A stretch of DNA of 64,000 nucleotides from NCBI RefSeq assembly GCF_006345805.1, contig NC_043007.1, positions 8,928,001-8,992,000 on the forward strand, given 5' to 3'. How positions within the stretch are numbered: the first letter of the stretch is position 1; each line of letters begins with the position of its first letter. Origin of the DNA: Octopus sinensis (lineage: Eukaryota). Made by a program: the position numbers and the translations under genes. This document shows, piece by piece, positions 27,136 to 41,189 of this stretch. Below the pieces are notes generated by a model that was not told the origin of the DNA, did no database searches, and worked only from the letters and a program-made list of their open reading frames with translations.

Positions 27136-27319
27136 TCATTTAAATTCTATTTCCTGAAAAGCCTTGTAAAATCTGTTTACATTCGTCGTTTCAACTTCAA
27201 AAAATGAATAGCGCTTCCTTTTTTCTGGAAACCATCGTTCGTTACCTTGCTTTAACACATCTGTCAGTAACTGTTCCATAATCGTGTTGAATAATCTACA
27301 TTTGAATTTCTTGAGTTTC
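27136..27319 (-). other. Candidate coding exon of an unidentified gene (60 codons to a stop, or 74 nt to an internal donor at 27246)
   Basis: Acceptor TTTTGTTTCATTTTGCAG|G; the only open frame reads KLKKFKCRLFNTIMEQLLTDVLKQGNERWFPEKRKRYSFFEVETTNVNRFYKAFQEIEFK*; donor AAG|GTAACG. No homology recognised. Confidence 0.25.
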
Positions 27320-27498
27320 CTGCAAAATGAAACAAAATATTATAGAATATCTCATTGCTTACTAAGTATTTTCATTACGCCGTTTATAGTTACATAGATT
27401 AAAGTTGGAAACAAAGAAAGCGTTGATAAATCATTTGGTTTTTTTCTACTATAACATTTTAGACCGTTCAAATCCTGTTCAGTTTAATTAGTTTATTT

Positions 27499-27910
27499 GG
27501 CTGTGTGGTAAGTAGCTTGCTAACCAACCACATGGTTCCGGGTTCAGTCCCACTGCGTGGCATCTTGGGCAAGTGTCTTCTGCTATAGCCCCGGGCCGAC
27601 CAATGCCTTGTGGGTGGATTTGGTAGACGGAAACTGAAAGAAGCCTGTCGTATATATGTATATATATATATATAAGTGTGTGTGTATATGTTTGTGTATC
27701 TGTGTTTGTCCCCCTAGCATTGCTTGACAACCGATGCTGGTGTGTTTGCGTCCCGGTCATTTAGCGGTTCGGCAAAAGAGACCGATAGAATAAGTACTGG
27801 GCTAACAAAGAATAAGTCCCGGGGTCGATTTGCTCGACTAAAGGTGGTGCTCCAGCATGGCCGCAGTCAAATGACTGAAACAAGTAAAAGAGTAAAAGAG
27901 TAAAAGAGTA
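27499..27910 (+). mobile_element. SINE-A, full length, young-looking
   Basis: GGCATCTTGGGCAAGTGTCTT CORE-like motif; tail (AAAGAGT)3. Confidence 0.92.
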
Positions 27911-28310
27911 ATGCAGCAGATACAAACATCTATATTTCCTACATTATTTGTTTTATATTGCAATTGACATGGATGGTTGGTTACAGAGCTCGCTTTGCAA
28001 CCGTATGATTCCCAGTTGGTCTCGTCTACTATGACTCCGGAACGATCATTACTTTCTGAGGCGGAAACTGTAAGCCCGAGGTATACATGTATGATGAATG
28101 TATGCGCCCGTACATATATGCGTATGCCTATGTGTTTCCGTGAATACGAACGACCACGTTGTGGTGTTTGTATATTGCTTGTCCCCATCATTCTTCGACA
28201 TCTGCTTTCTTTACGCTGTATTATTGTTTATATATGCGTGACGGATGATGTATCGAACACAGATTATGAAACAGCTGTCAACTACAGAAATATGTATGTG
28301 TGAATATATG

Positions 28311-28382
<72 letters not shown>

Positions 28383-29201
28383 TTATAAGAAAGGGTTAAT
28401 TGCAACAAGTTGCTCAAAACCACATACCGAAAATGCTAGAAATGGCAGCCAGATAGGTCACCATTTCCCTACTAGTAAAAAGTCACCACAAACAATCAGG
28501 ATTTTCAACCCGTATATGGCAAAAAGGAAGAAAATAACGAAATCACAGTCCTTTTGGATTAATTACAGACGAAAATACGTTTCTGGATGAGAACCAGAGG
28601 TTCGTTTCCTTGTCAATGCAATATTTCCTATAAATCTAGAAATGCTAGGAGAAAAAAAGACTCACCCATTATACCGGCTCGATCAGGCGACACCGAACGA
28701 TATAATAATGGTCTGCCAGCATCACTACATTTATATAGACAAGCGAAATCGTATTTCCCTCCAAAATCACCAGGTGAGTTGCAAAAACATTATCGACGAA
28801 ACGAAGTTCTGCAGATTTAGTGTATGAGAGTAATAGCGTATAATATACAAAAAGGGTGAAATATAATTAATTTAATAAATTGCTTCACCACATACCGAAA
28901 TTTCTCCCTGACAGCAATACTCTTAATTGACGTAAGTAAAGAGAAAAAAATAATGAATCCACCCGGCTTTGATCAATCTCATACGCATTTCTGGATTAAA
29001 GAGATATAAAATTTTTATTTTTACTCACTTATTTCCGCCTTCAGTTTAGTATTTCAATTGTAAATTAGAGAGTACTAATAATTAAGTACATATTCGACCA
29101 AGCCACATCGAAGGTTACTCATAAAGATTCTTTTAACATACCGAACTACTTGGTAAAATTATTAATTATTAATTAATTGATTAATTTTACCCCTTATTTT
29201 T

Positions 29202-29240
<39 letters not shown>

Positions 29241-29245
<5 letters not shown>

Positions 29246-29490
29246 CGTGACTCACCAGGTTATCAGATGTTGCTGCACATCGCTGGTCACAATACGCTTC
29301 GCATTGTTTTAGCCTTAAAATGACGCCACCCCGCTGGCTAAGCGAGCAGGCCAACATAAGAAAGAGTGAGAGAAAGTTGTGGCGAAAGAGTACAGCAGGG
29401 ATCGCCACCACCCCCTGGCGGAGCCTCGTGGAGCTTTAGGTGTTTTCGCTCAAATAAACACTCACTACGCCCGGTCTTGGAATTGAAACT
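29241..29490 (-). mobile_element. Chimeric SINE-C: 5'-truncated head joined at ~29355 to alternative tail 2
   Basis: 29355-29490 matches SINE-C; 29241-29355 matches the reverse complement of 62271-62383. Confidence 0.8.
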
Positions 29491-29501
29491 ATATATGTAT
29501 A

Positions 29502-29584
<83 letters not shown>

Positions 29585-30076
29585 TAATAATATCAGGGAA
29601 TATTATTCCAAACTTACAGGGAAAAGTTCAATTTAGAAATGCTAAGTCAAATTTCACAACATATAATATATTCACAACATATAATATATATTTATAAATT
29701 AGAAAAATTCTATATACGTATATATATATATATATATATTTATCTATATTTGTCTATATCTATCTTTATCTATCTCTCCCTCTATTTATCTATATGTTAC
29801 CAAATATATACGTTTTATCTATTATTTTGCTCATTACTTAATCATTGGTATATGATTCTTCTCATATTTAATTTTTTCTATGGGATGTAATTGGTCTCTA
29901 TATGGTATAATTTAATGCTTTCATTGTTGAATTGATAAAAGGTGTTTTTTTTCTAATTTGTATGTATGTATGTATGTAGAGAGATAGACACATAGTTATA
30001 CATATATTTGATATATGCTTAAATGCTCAAAATGTGCGTTTGCATTCGTATAATAAAAAACAAATAAGCTTAAAAA

Positions 30077-30235
30077 GGCCATTCTTGAGAAATATTTATG
30101 CGCATTTCTAAGCGTTCCTTACAATATGATTTAAACATTTCGATTGAGATTCCATCAATACTAATAATTTTTCTCACTCCCTAATCTCCTGATAGACATT
30201 GCGATATCTACTTCCAAAATCTCTGGGTCATCACC
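30077..30235 (-). pseudogene. RTE-like LINE ORF2 remnant, just upstream of the RT core
   Basis: DDPEILEVDIAMSIRRL, then a frameshift, then SIDGISIEMFK...ISQEWP resembles the LINE motif PEIL..EV..AI..L...KSPGIDGI..E.FK...WP. Confidence 0.5.
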
Positions 30236-30679
30236 AGAGACAATATTAACGTACGTATCAATGGTTTTATCAGATCATTTGTATACATACTATTTATTCC
30301 ATAGTTATTCGATATATATTGTGATAACTCTTCTTATCGTCGCGAACTTAGGAAGATATTTCTTTGTTGCTTTCCTTTTTTACCAGATATCTTTGATTCT
30401 ATTATGTTGATTTCAGAATAAATATCACCACAATTTGTGCAAGCGTATTCAACTTAATCTTTCTTTAGCGTCCCTCAAAACGTGTATGCTTTATACACAC
30501 ATTAGTATGTATGGGTGTATGTAAGTATGTATGCATGTTTGTGTGTGTATGTGTGTATGTATGTTATCTTTTATTTCTTAATTGTTACCTCAACCACTCT
30601 TGCACCTAATTTTCTAAATCTCTATCAATCAATCAATAAATCTATCTATCTATCTTCTATCTATCTATCTATCTATCTA

Positions 30680-30728
<49 letters not shown>

Positions 30729-30878
30729 CATTTATCTATTTATCTATCTATCATTCTACCTACCTACCTGCCTGCCTGTCTGTCTATCTATCTATCTATC
30801 CATTTATCTATTTATCTCTCTATCATTCTACCTACCTACCTGCCTACCTACCTGTCTGTCTGTCTGTCTCTCTGTCTG

Positions 30879-30961
<83 letters not shown>

Positions 30962-31156
30962 GCACATACATGTATGTAAGTGTGTGAGTGTGAGTGTGTG
31001 GGTATGTGTGTGTGTGTCTGTGTACACATATACATCCTGTCTTGCATCTTCTCCCTCTCCTTTAATGCTGAGTGGTTCATTAATATTTGCCACGATTTTT
31101 AATAACATTGTTACTTCAAATTATATATATAATTACACACACACTCACTCACACAC

Positions 31157-31206
<50 letters not shown>

Positions 31207-32767
31207 TATATGTATATATTTGTGTGTGTGTGTACTTACATATACATTCCTTTGCTGCGATCTGAATAACTCCCCAACTTCCACAGAGCGTAATGAAGTG
31301 TGATCGCAATATTCACCCTGAGTGGGTACCGGTCATTCGCTGGACAAATGCCTGTAATTTTGAGGGGAGGGGACAGGCGATTACATCGACTCCTAGACAA
31401 ATGAAATCAGAACGTAATGAGATCAAAATGCTGGCTCAAATGGAGTAAGTCGATCATATTGTCCACAATGCATTACTGGTATTCATTTTATCGATTTCGA
31501 AAGGATCAATAAATAAACACACGATTTAGGAACAGAAATAAAAATTTTGAGAAGTTTTAAAAAATGTACAGTAAATAAGGTATGATCAGGAATAATCTAC
31601 AGTCAATCAAAAGCCAATTTTGCAATAATTTTACTGCCAGAAAAATGTGTTTATTTGAAAAAATTAAAAGCATTGATGAAATTTTTCTGAAAGATTCTCT
31701 TAAAAAAAAGACACAGACAAGAACTTGAGAGAAGACCAAACAATAGAATATTTTTGTATCACATTTCTCTGAGAAAATTTCTCTTGATAAAAACCTTGTC
31801 TCCGACGATACAGAAATTTAAGCATTCATATTTTAGTTTTTAAAATAATCTTGCAAATTGATTAATCGAGATACACTTCAATATCCTAGATATATAAAAA
31901 CACAATTGGCTTTCAACTTTGATGTAAATTTGCCTTCCCGCCGATGTGTTTGTCTCAATCCTTTTGTTTCTTGTATGCAATTCTGAGGGAGGGTTCTAGT
32001 CAAATACATCGACACAATACGTACCTTTTACTTATTTCATCGACCCCGAAAGGATGAAAGGCAAAGTCGACCTCGGCGGAATTTGAACCCGGAACGCATA
32101 GACGGACCTTGCCGCTAAACATTTCGCCCGGCTTGCTACCGATTCGGCGAATGCGCTACTTTAAGAGATCATGAAATCATACTTTTTGGAAGACAGAAAG
32201 TGTCGTAGTCAGCCTTCGATTTATGGGGTGTTTAACCAAAACTTACAATGTATACACAATGCTTCAAGCGAACTACAATACTCTCCTACAATGTATTATT
32301 TATAACTTATCAACTTCAAGATACAACGCTGTATAGCGCTGAGTATGTATATGAATGCTCCCGTGTAAGGATAATTTCTTCCTCATTGACATTACTGCTG
32401 TATGAAGAAGCCTGCTAAACGATCGTGATCCTAATGATGTCAAGTATTTAAATGCGGATATTCACCACGCATAAAGCCTGTCTTTTTATTGTTTATATAC
32501 TCCTCAGAAAGTAACTTCTCCGTTCGGAACCTTTGGATTTCAAATGCTTAAACGCTCTATATTACATTTCCCTGAATTAGATTCCTAGTTGAGTCCGTAG
32601 GAAGAGCTTTCTGTAAATCCATATGGATTCTCTGAATCCATAAGATATACTACAAATTTTTGTGTATTTATACATAAAGGTATGTAGATAGATAAATACA
32701 TATATATATATATATATATATATAATAATATATATATATATACACACATAACATTACATACATATAC

Positions 32768-32825
<58 letters not shown>

Positions 32826-32965
32826 TATATATAATATAATATCTATATATATGGTGTATATATTTATATAGGGAGAGTTTACGAAAAAAACGAGGGAGAA
32901 GAAACAAGGAGAGAAAAAATATGTGTAGTGGCTAACGATCTATCATGGCGACTGTGTGTGTATAT

Positions 32966-33015
<50 letters not shown>

Positions 33016-34446
33016 GTTTGTGGTGTATACATATATATACACACATATATAAATACATCTATCTGTGTTTAGCTACACACGCGCATATGATTTATAAAAC
33101 ATACTATTCTCAATGAAAAGAAACTCGTTTTAAGCTAGTAGCGGTAAGTAATAAAACTGTATCAACGTACATTTATGTCCCTGTGAGCAAGTATTATTTT
33201 GCTATTAATTCGATAGAATTGCATTCATCTTAGACTTTCGTCATGGAAATGATTCCCGCGTTTCCATCCTAAGAGTGATCAGCATTTTGTGCATATTTAT
33301 ATTTAATGCAAATTTTATTACAGCCAATCTTATTAGTATAATTTGCATAACATAAATATATTTGCTGAAAACGTAAAGCAATACATTCGCTCATCGTCCT
33401 TTCATGGATAATTTGAGAAGAAAGATAGACCTTTATAAATAAACGTACAAATGTAGCCTCGTTCCATAAAGAAAACTGCATGCACTAGTGTTTGTATCTC
33501 TCAAGGGGCAGACAAGATGGCGTCGATCAGACTGGTTTGTAGTCCAGTTCTATGTTCATCAGAGAATGAAAACCTATTTCTCCAAGGAAAGATTAATGGA
33601 TTTTCTCAGCGTTACTGTTGTATGTTTACTAAAAAATATTACATCTTAGATTTTAAATTTTCCAAAATTGCTGTGTAGTTTTGTATCTATGAATTATGTA
33701 TCCCTTTCTTAGCGTGTTTAAAAAACATATACGTGTTTACACATATGTATGTATGAGTCTGTGTGTATGCAAAGTACGTACACCCACACACATAAACACA
33801 CACTTACACATATATATATAGAGAGAAACATAACGACAATCATTGCTTTATACCATCATGCAGAGTGAAATTAAGTTGCACACAAAGAACATATATATTT
33901 ATTTTAAATGGACGTTTAAATGTTCCATTAATATTTGACAGGTTATAAATAGTCCTGCGGAGTGTCCTATAACAGAGAGGGACAGAGGGATAAATATTAG
34001 AAAGGGAAGAAGGAGCACCAGAGGGAGAAGGAAAGAAAGGGAGAGAGTGAGAGAGAGAGAGAGGCGGGGTAACAGAGAGGCAGATAGACAACGATAGATG
34101 AATTTCACACATATATGGACATTGAAAAATAGGCGACACATTCATATGCGCAATAGAACACGGAAATCGAACGCACGAGTACGTAAAGATAGACATACAC
34201 AAAAGCAAATATATATATATAGGTAGATAGATAAACATACACACACACACGGTGCCGCACACGGACAGAAAGGCACAAACACAAACAGGCGTAGAGCGAA
34301 AAACACAGACAGACAAAAAGAGATAGGCTTGACATACTAACATATATACAAGTGTCTATTTACGTATCAATCAAACTTTTCCTCGTTTGATCGACTTCAT
34401 TCATGTGACCTTTTCTATAATTATCTAATTGTCTTCCATTATATTT

Positions 34447-34545
<99 letters not shown>

Positions 34546-34554
34546 CCTACCTAC

Positions 34555-34636
<82 letters not shown>

Positions 34637-35187
34637 ATCTATATATGTGTGCCTCTGTGTGCGTATATATATATATGGTGTGTGTGTGTGTATGTATATA
34701 TGTGTATGTATATATATATATTGATCAATATATCTATCTATCAATTTCTCTTTTTATATCGATATATGTGTGTAGTTGTACACATGTGGATAATCTATAC
34801 ACCTATACAGACACATTTACATTCTCACACAAACACACACACACGTAGACACACACATACACAGGCACACACATGCACAAGCACACACACATATATATGT
34901 GTACATACATAAAGTAATATATATTCTACTCTTATGAAATGCTATCAGCTTTTACTGTTACATTGTCGAATGTCTGATCATTCATACATACACACCAAAA
35001 CACATACTCACATGTCCGCATTTTGTATGCGCGCTCGTCTCTATGAGTGCGCGTGCGCGTCTCCATGACAGTGTGTGTGTGTGCGTAATTGTATGAAATA
35101 CATCACGTGTCCGTTTTACTTTTGTACGCATGCGCATGCATTCATGTATTAATACGACGTTTATACATTGAGGTTCTATCATTTTGG

Positions 35188-35395
35188 GTGAGCTGGCAGA
35201 ATCGTTAGCATGCCGGGCGAAATGCTTAGCGGTATTTCGTCTGCCGTTACGTTCTGAGTTCAAATTCCGCTGAGGTCGACTTTGCCTTTCATCCTTTCGG
35301 GATCGATTAAATATAATCGACTTAATCCGTTTGTCTGTCCTTGTTTGTCCTCTCTGTGTTTAACCCCTTGTGGGTAGTAAAGAAATAGGTATAGG
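35188..35395 (+). mobile_element. SINE-B, full length (tail type GTGGGTAGTAAAGAAATAGGT)
   Basis: GAGCTGGCAGAATCGTTAGC (A box), GAGTTCAAATTCC (B box), GTCGACTTTGCCTTTCATCCTTTCGGG central domain. Confidence 0.88.
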
Positions 35396-35569
35396 AATCT
35401 CGGAATTATACGAACATATTTTTATTTTTCAAACCATGCGTGTTGCAATAAAGATAGGCGAACGCGAGAATTGGTAACCTGCTTTCGAGTTGAACCCGTG
35501 ATGCATGGACTACCATCAGTCAGGCACTACAGTAAATTTTAAGCTGCAATAATATGCAATAGGTGCAGA

Positions 35570-35970
35570 CGTTACCCTGTGGCAAGAAGCTTGCTCCTCA
35601 ACCACATGGTTCCGGGTTCTGTCCCACTGCGTGACACCTCGGTCGAATGTCGTCCACTATAAACTTCGGCCGACGATAGCCTTGTGAGTAGATTTGGTAA
35701 ACGGAAACTGAAAAAACCCCGTCATATATATGTATATGTATATATTTATGTGTGTGCGCCCTTGTGTCTGAATTGATGCCCACCATCGCCTCAAACCGAT
35801 GTTGGTGTGTTTACATCCCCGTAACTTAGCTGCTGGGCCAAAAAGACCGATATAATAAATACTAGGTTTTTAAATAGTCAAGTACTGTAGTCGATTTCTT
35901 CGACTAAAACAGCTTAAGCTGGTGCTCAAGCATGGCCAAGTCCAATGTCTGCAACGTGTAAAATAATAAA
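35570..35970 (+). mobile_element. SINE-A, diverged
   Basis: Motifs colinear with 27499. Confidence 0.75.
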
Positions 35971-36159
35971 AGAATAATTTGAACACATTGGTTATGGAAA
36001 CACTTGATTCTGGTTGATTTTTATTATAACTTATGACCGAAGATGCCGCTTTGGTGTGTTGCCTAGTGACATGCCTTTATGGAAACCCCTCACCTGCCAT
36101 TTAATTTCGTTGAACCTTCAGTAAAAATGTTCAACGGTCGACAGCAAAACGGGTAGATG

Positions 36160-36216
<57 letters not shown>

Positions 36217-36226
36217 CCTATCTATT

Positions 36227-36281
<55 letters not shown>

Positions 36282-36292
36282 ATATATATATA

Positions 36293-36992
36293 CAGGAATT
36301 AAATAGACAATTTTAATTTTCAAAATTTCTGATCTAAACGTCTTAATATGTTTTCCGCGGTATGGAATTTACACTGTAATTATTCTTTTTCATTCCAGGT
36401 GCCATTATATTAAACATTTTCGAAGAGTAACCATGCCACGCACACTGTCAGATTTTCAAAGAGGTCGTATTGTTGGGCAATCTGAGGTTGGTCTTAGCCA
36501 GCGAAAAATTGCCGAAAATCTTCAAATTCCTCTGCTACAGTTAATAGAATTATAGTGCAATTCAAAAGCCAAGGAAAAGAATCAACAGATACTCGCCCCG
36601 GCCGACCTGGGCCCTCGGAAGGAAATCTTCGCTGTTTGAAGAGAATTGCGGAAAACGAACCAGGTTCGAAGGCTTCTGACATTGCAAAACAGCTAGAAGT
36701 TAGTCCAAGAATGTGTGTTACATATCTGCATCAGCTTGGATATTATGGACAAACAGCTAGAAGAAAACCTCTCCTTCAACCAATTTATATCATGGAAAGA
36801 AAGAAATGAGCTAAAAAGATGTCAGAAAAATCCAGTTCATTTTGGGACTTTCTCAGATGAATCCAGATTTGCATTATTTTTAGACAGTGGACGTGTTTGG
36901 GTCTGGAGGCTTACCAATCAAGAATTTGATTTAAAACGACTCCAACCAACTGTGAAACATGGCGATATCTCTGTAATGGTATGGGGAGCTGT
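36293..36992 (+). pseudogene. Tc1-family transposase, 3'-truncated and inactivated
   Basis: From ATG 36433: [15 protein letters not shown]...[12 protein letters not shown] (HTH), RPGRP, ARRKPLL, FSDESRF (first catalytic D), PTVKHG..SVMVWGA; frameshift at ~36535, stop at 36807; ends before the rest of the DDE triad. Confidence 0.9.
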
Positions 36993-37605
36993 CTCCCAAC
37001 CTCTCTCATAGATACAGAGATGTACATCTCTTCTCACCTCTCTCTCTCCCCCTCTCTCTCTTTCTCTATCTCTTACCTTGCCAATAACTCGAAAGGCGCA
37101 CAATATTGTCAGACCAATTTATCTGTTTCCTCGGTTGAAAGGCCACACAATGTAGTATAAATATACATGTTGATGGTTCTCAAATTATTCTCGTTTTCCA
37201 AGGGAACGCGTGCGTATGGATCTAGTCCTTGTTCGACATTTATACGGTGTCTAAATACTCTGACACGAAATTCTGTTTGTGATAAAAAAACAAGACTGAT
37301 CCAGGAGATCTGACCTGGGATGCTACATATGTCCAGAATAGAATTTTTAATACTAAACAATAGGTACGACGTAGTTCATCAAATAATGTGAGAATATCCA
37401 ATGTCACATGAGAAAATGGGAGATTCTTGCATAAATTCTCTACATACAAACATTCATATTTACATATAAATAAACGCACATACACACGCAAACATATATA
37501 GACATGTGTGTGTATATACAACCACCCACAAACAAATTTACATGCTTGTTTCAATTAATGGACTTAAATGCATACATAGAAACATACAAACACATACATA
37601 TATAT

Positions 37606-37647
<42 letters not shown>

Positions 37648-37722
37648 TATAATCATATTTAAATGAGTGTATTTATATGTATGCACATACATATATATTC
37701 ATATTCACATAATACACACATA

Positions 37723-37767
<45 letters not shown>

Positions 37768-39124
37768 CACATATGTATACACATATAGAAATAAATTATA
37801 CAAAAGATATTCGTATACATAATTAAGCAATCGGACAGCAGTCTCGGAGTGGCACCGCGCCTTCAAGGGGTTTCATAGTCGATTATATCAACCCCACATT
37901 TAAATTTGAATTCACTGATAATAGATTTTGGACGCAAAATAAAACACAGACATACACACACAAAAACCAAAAAAATACACACTAGCAAAAAAAAAAAAGA
38001 AGAAAAAACTGGACGAACCATTTAATAGAGAAGAAATGAACACATTTGGTCTGTAAACGACATCACTACAAAGAAAAATAGCACCACGATTCTAATTTCC
38101 AATCGAAAACAGACAGCTGCCGTTAGCACAGACAACGAAAACGAAAGTAACTTCCTTTTGTTTTTAAATCAAGCATAAAATTGGCTGGTACAAGAAAAAG
38201 ATGCAGGAATCAAAGAAAAAAAAAGAAAAAAAGGAAATATATTTATACAAGAGACATTTAGAATGATTAAAATTCTAATAGAACTGCGATCCGACAGTCT
38301 GAAATCAATTTTGTATCGATGTAAATACTTGTTTTGATAGGGACGGAGAAAAGAAATGAAAATAATGCGGAGAGGAAATACGAGGGCTCCTGCCTATATA
38401 TATGCGTATAAATATGTATAGGGTCTTATAGGCTTCCGTGTATATGCGTAAGCGTATGTGTGAAAGAGTGTACATCAACGTATTTGTATGTATGTATATA
38501 TATACAAAAGTGAGAAAATGATTATAGATATACACATACACACACAAACACAAACACAGACATCAGTGTATACACTGATATATCTCTCTGTGTTGTGGAA
38601 TATTGTGGTGGCTACATATGCTAATAATGTAATTATATGCATATATGTGTGTGTGTGTGAGTGTATGTGTGTGTGTCTGTGTGATCAGAGAGAGAGAGAG
38701 AAAGAAAGAAAGAAAGAAAGAAAGAGAAGGAGGGAGACAAACATATATACGTATGCATATAGATAAACACAATCACATGTCAATACATGCACGTATAACT
38801 TCACATATATAACTATATGATGATATCATGGGCATACATACGTGTGTGTGTGTGTGTGTCTGTGTCTGTGCATGTTCATGTGTATATGTGATTAATGGCA
38901 TACATATGTGTTTGTGTTTATCTCTACATATATCGACATAAACTCGTTTCACTCTACCTCAATTTGTATATTCGTATATAAATAATATATAACTTTATAC
39001 CAAAAGTACGACACATAAACATGCGTATATGCCTATATATTTGTAAATACAAATGCTCTGTATATGTATGTATGTATTATATATATATAAATACATACAT
39101 ATAATTACATATATATACATACAA

Positions 39125-39180
<56 letters not shown>

Positions 39181-39232
39181 GGGTGTATATATGTGTATGT
39201 ATTGTGCATGAATGTATTAGATATATATAGTA

Positions 39233-39272
<40 letters not shown>

Positions 39273-39274
39273 AT

Positions 39275-39307
<33 letters not shown>

Positions 39308-40160
39308 GTGTGGGTGTGTGTGTGTGGTGTGTGTGTGTGTGTGTATATATGTATATATATTATATTGAGCATGAATGTATATATCTATATATAGGTATAT
39401 ATATATATATATATATATATACGAATTGTACACTCACGCGTATATATATATTATATATCTTTCTGTGTATATATATATATATAAATATCAAGAAGACAGT
39501 TGAGAGTGACAGTGGGAGAAAGTGGGCAATATACATAAACGTAGATAAAGAGAAAGAGGTAAAAGAGAGATAGAGAGGGAGAGCGTTGGAAAATGGCGTA
39601 AGAAATGTAATTTCGTTTTATTATATACATGATTGGAATTGTGTCACCGGAGAGAGAAGCTTTATCAATCTCAACAATGTGTCGCAGACGTAATGGGCCG
39701 TTTTATCTCGAGCGATGCCGTTGTTGTTGTCGTTGTATATATATATTGTTATTGTTATTGTTGTTGTTGTGTTTGTTGTTATTGTCGTTGTTCTTCATGT
39801 TCATATTGTTATTACTGTTGTTGTTGTTGTTTCATTTGTTGTTGTTGTTGTTTCATTTGTTGTTATTGCCATTTTCTATATTTCTCTTGATGTTTTCTCT
39901 CTCCGAGAGAGAGGAAAAAATAAGATGTTATTAGTTTGATAGTGTTTTTACGATTCGCTTTGTTTTGCTTTGATTGTTCCTGTAAAAAGCATTAAGATGC
40001 TGATGTAGATCTCTGTTGGAGAGAGTATACATACATACAATACATACAAATATACATACAATATGCATACATATAAGTGAATCTTGTTATACGTCTTCGT
40101 GAATAAGTATGTATGTATATATACATATATATATATATAGGTATGATATATATAATATGT

Positions 40161-40207
<47 letters not shown>

Positions 40208-40375
40208 TATATATATATATGTGTGTATATATACATGCACACACATATATATATTTATTCAAGCGTAAGCAATGTCTTGGAGAGTACGTACATTGTCAAT
40301 GTTGCTATGTTCAAGTGAAATACATGCATACATATATTACAAATGTACATACGTGCATACATTGTATATATATGT

Positions 40376-40435
<60 letters not shown>

Positions 40436-40437
<2 letters not shown>

Positions 40438-40765
40438 TGGAGACTGGATTGTTTCCGTGTTGATGCTCCCAGGAGCTTGTTCACAGGTCCTTTCCTACTA
40501 GTACAATTAATTTGTCACGTGCGGTACAACACTTCGACAATTGTAGCTAATAGTAACAAACAGGGTCAAATTTTGCAGGAAGCTCCCTCCATTGTGCGTC
40601 AAGCCTGTTCTTGAAGGCATTGACTGATGGAGTTGCGTACACACTCTTTGGCAAACTGTTCCAGGTACCCTTCACACACTGTACAAAAAGCAGCCTATGT
40701 CGAGCCTGCAGTGTGATCTTCCCAATTTTAGGCTGTGTCCTCTCGTATTTCGGCCTTTGAAGTAG
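40436..40765 (-). mobile_element. CR1-like LINE 3' end
   Basis: Minus-strand translation RNTRGHSLKL...RLD...WNSLPKSVYATPSVNAFKNRLD is the CR1-clade C-terminal signature; followed by a 3' UTR and microsatellite. Confidence 0.75.
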
Positions 40766-41189
40766 TATAACGCAAGGTAAGTGAAAAAGTCTTTAACGTT
40801 TCAAGCCTACTGATTTTTTTGTCGCTCAAAATTTAAATATTTGAGAAATGCAAAGACCTACTCATCTGAAAAACGTGTATTAAATTCGTACGTAATAATA
40901 TATATTTGCGTATATGCATTAATATGTACACATGCATTCCTCTCTTAACAAACACGGACATGCAGGCAGTACAATATGCACACCCCCGAATGCACGCTAG
41001 ATTATATGCGTATATGTAGAACTGAACTTATTTACACAGCCCGTGAAAAATATACACATACAGGCTTATGCCTATGCATATTCACTTGTATAAATACATG
41101 GATGTGTAGACACACACATAGATACAAGTATTTGTGTGTGTGTGTCTACACATCCATGTGTTTATACATGTGAATATGCATATGTTGTT

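Noticed and set aside
38278-38291. 14-mer ATAGAACTGCGATC repeated at 61993-62006
   Set aside because: No flanking similarity; a few 14-mer matches are expected by chance in 64 kb of AT-rich DNA.
40780-40830. Minus-strand GTAGGCTTGAAACGTTAAAG as a hammerhead
   Set aside because: The CUGANGA half of the core is absent in this copy; at best a dead remnant.
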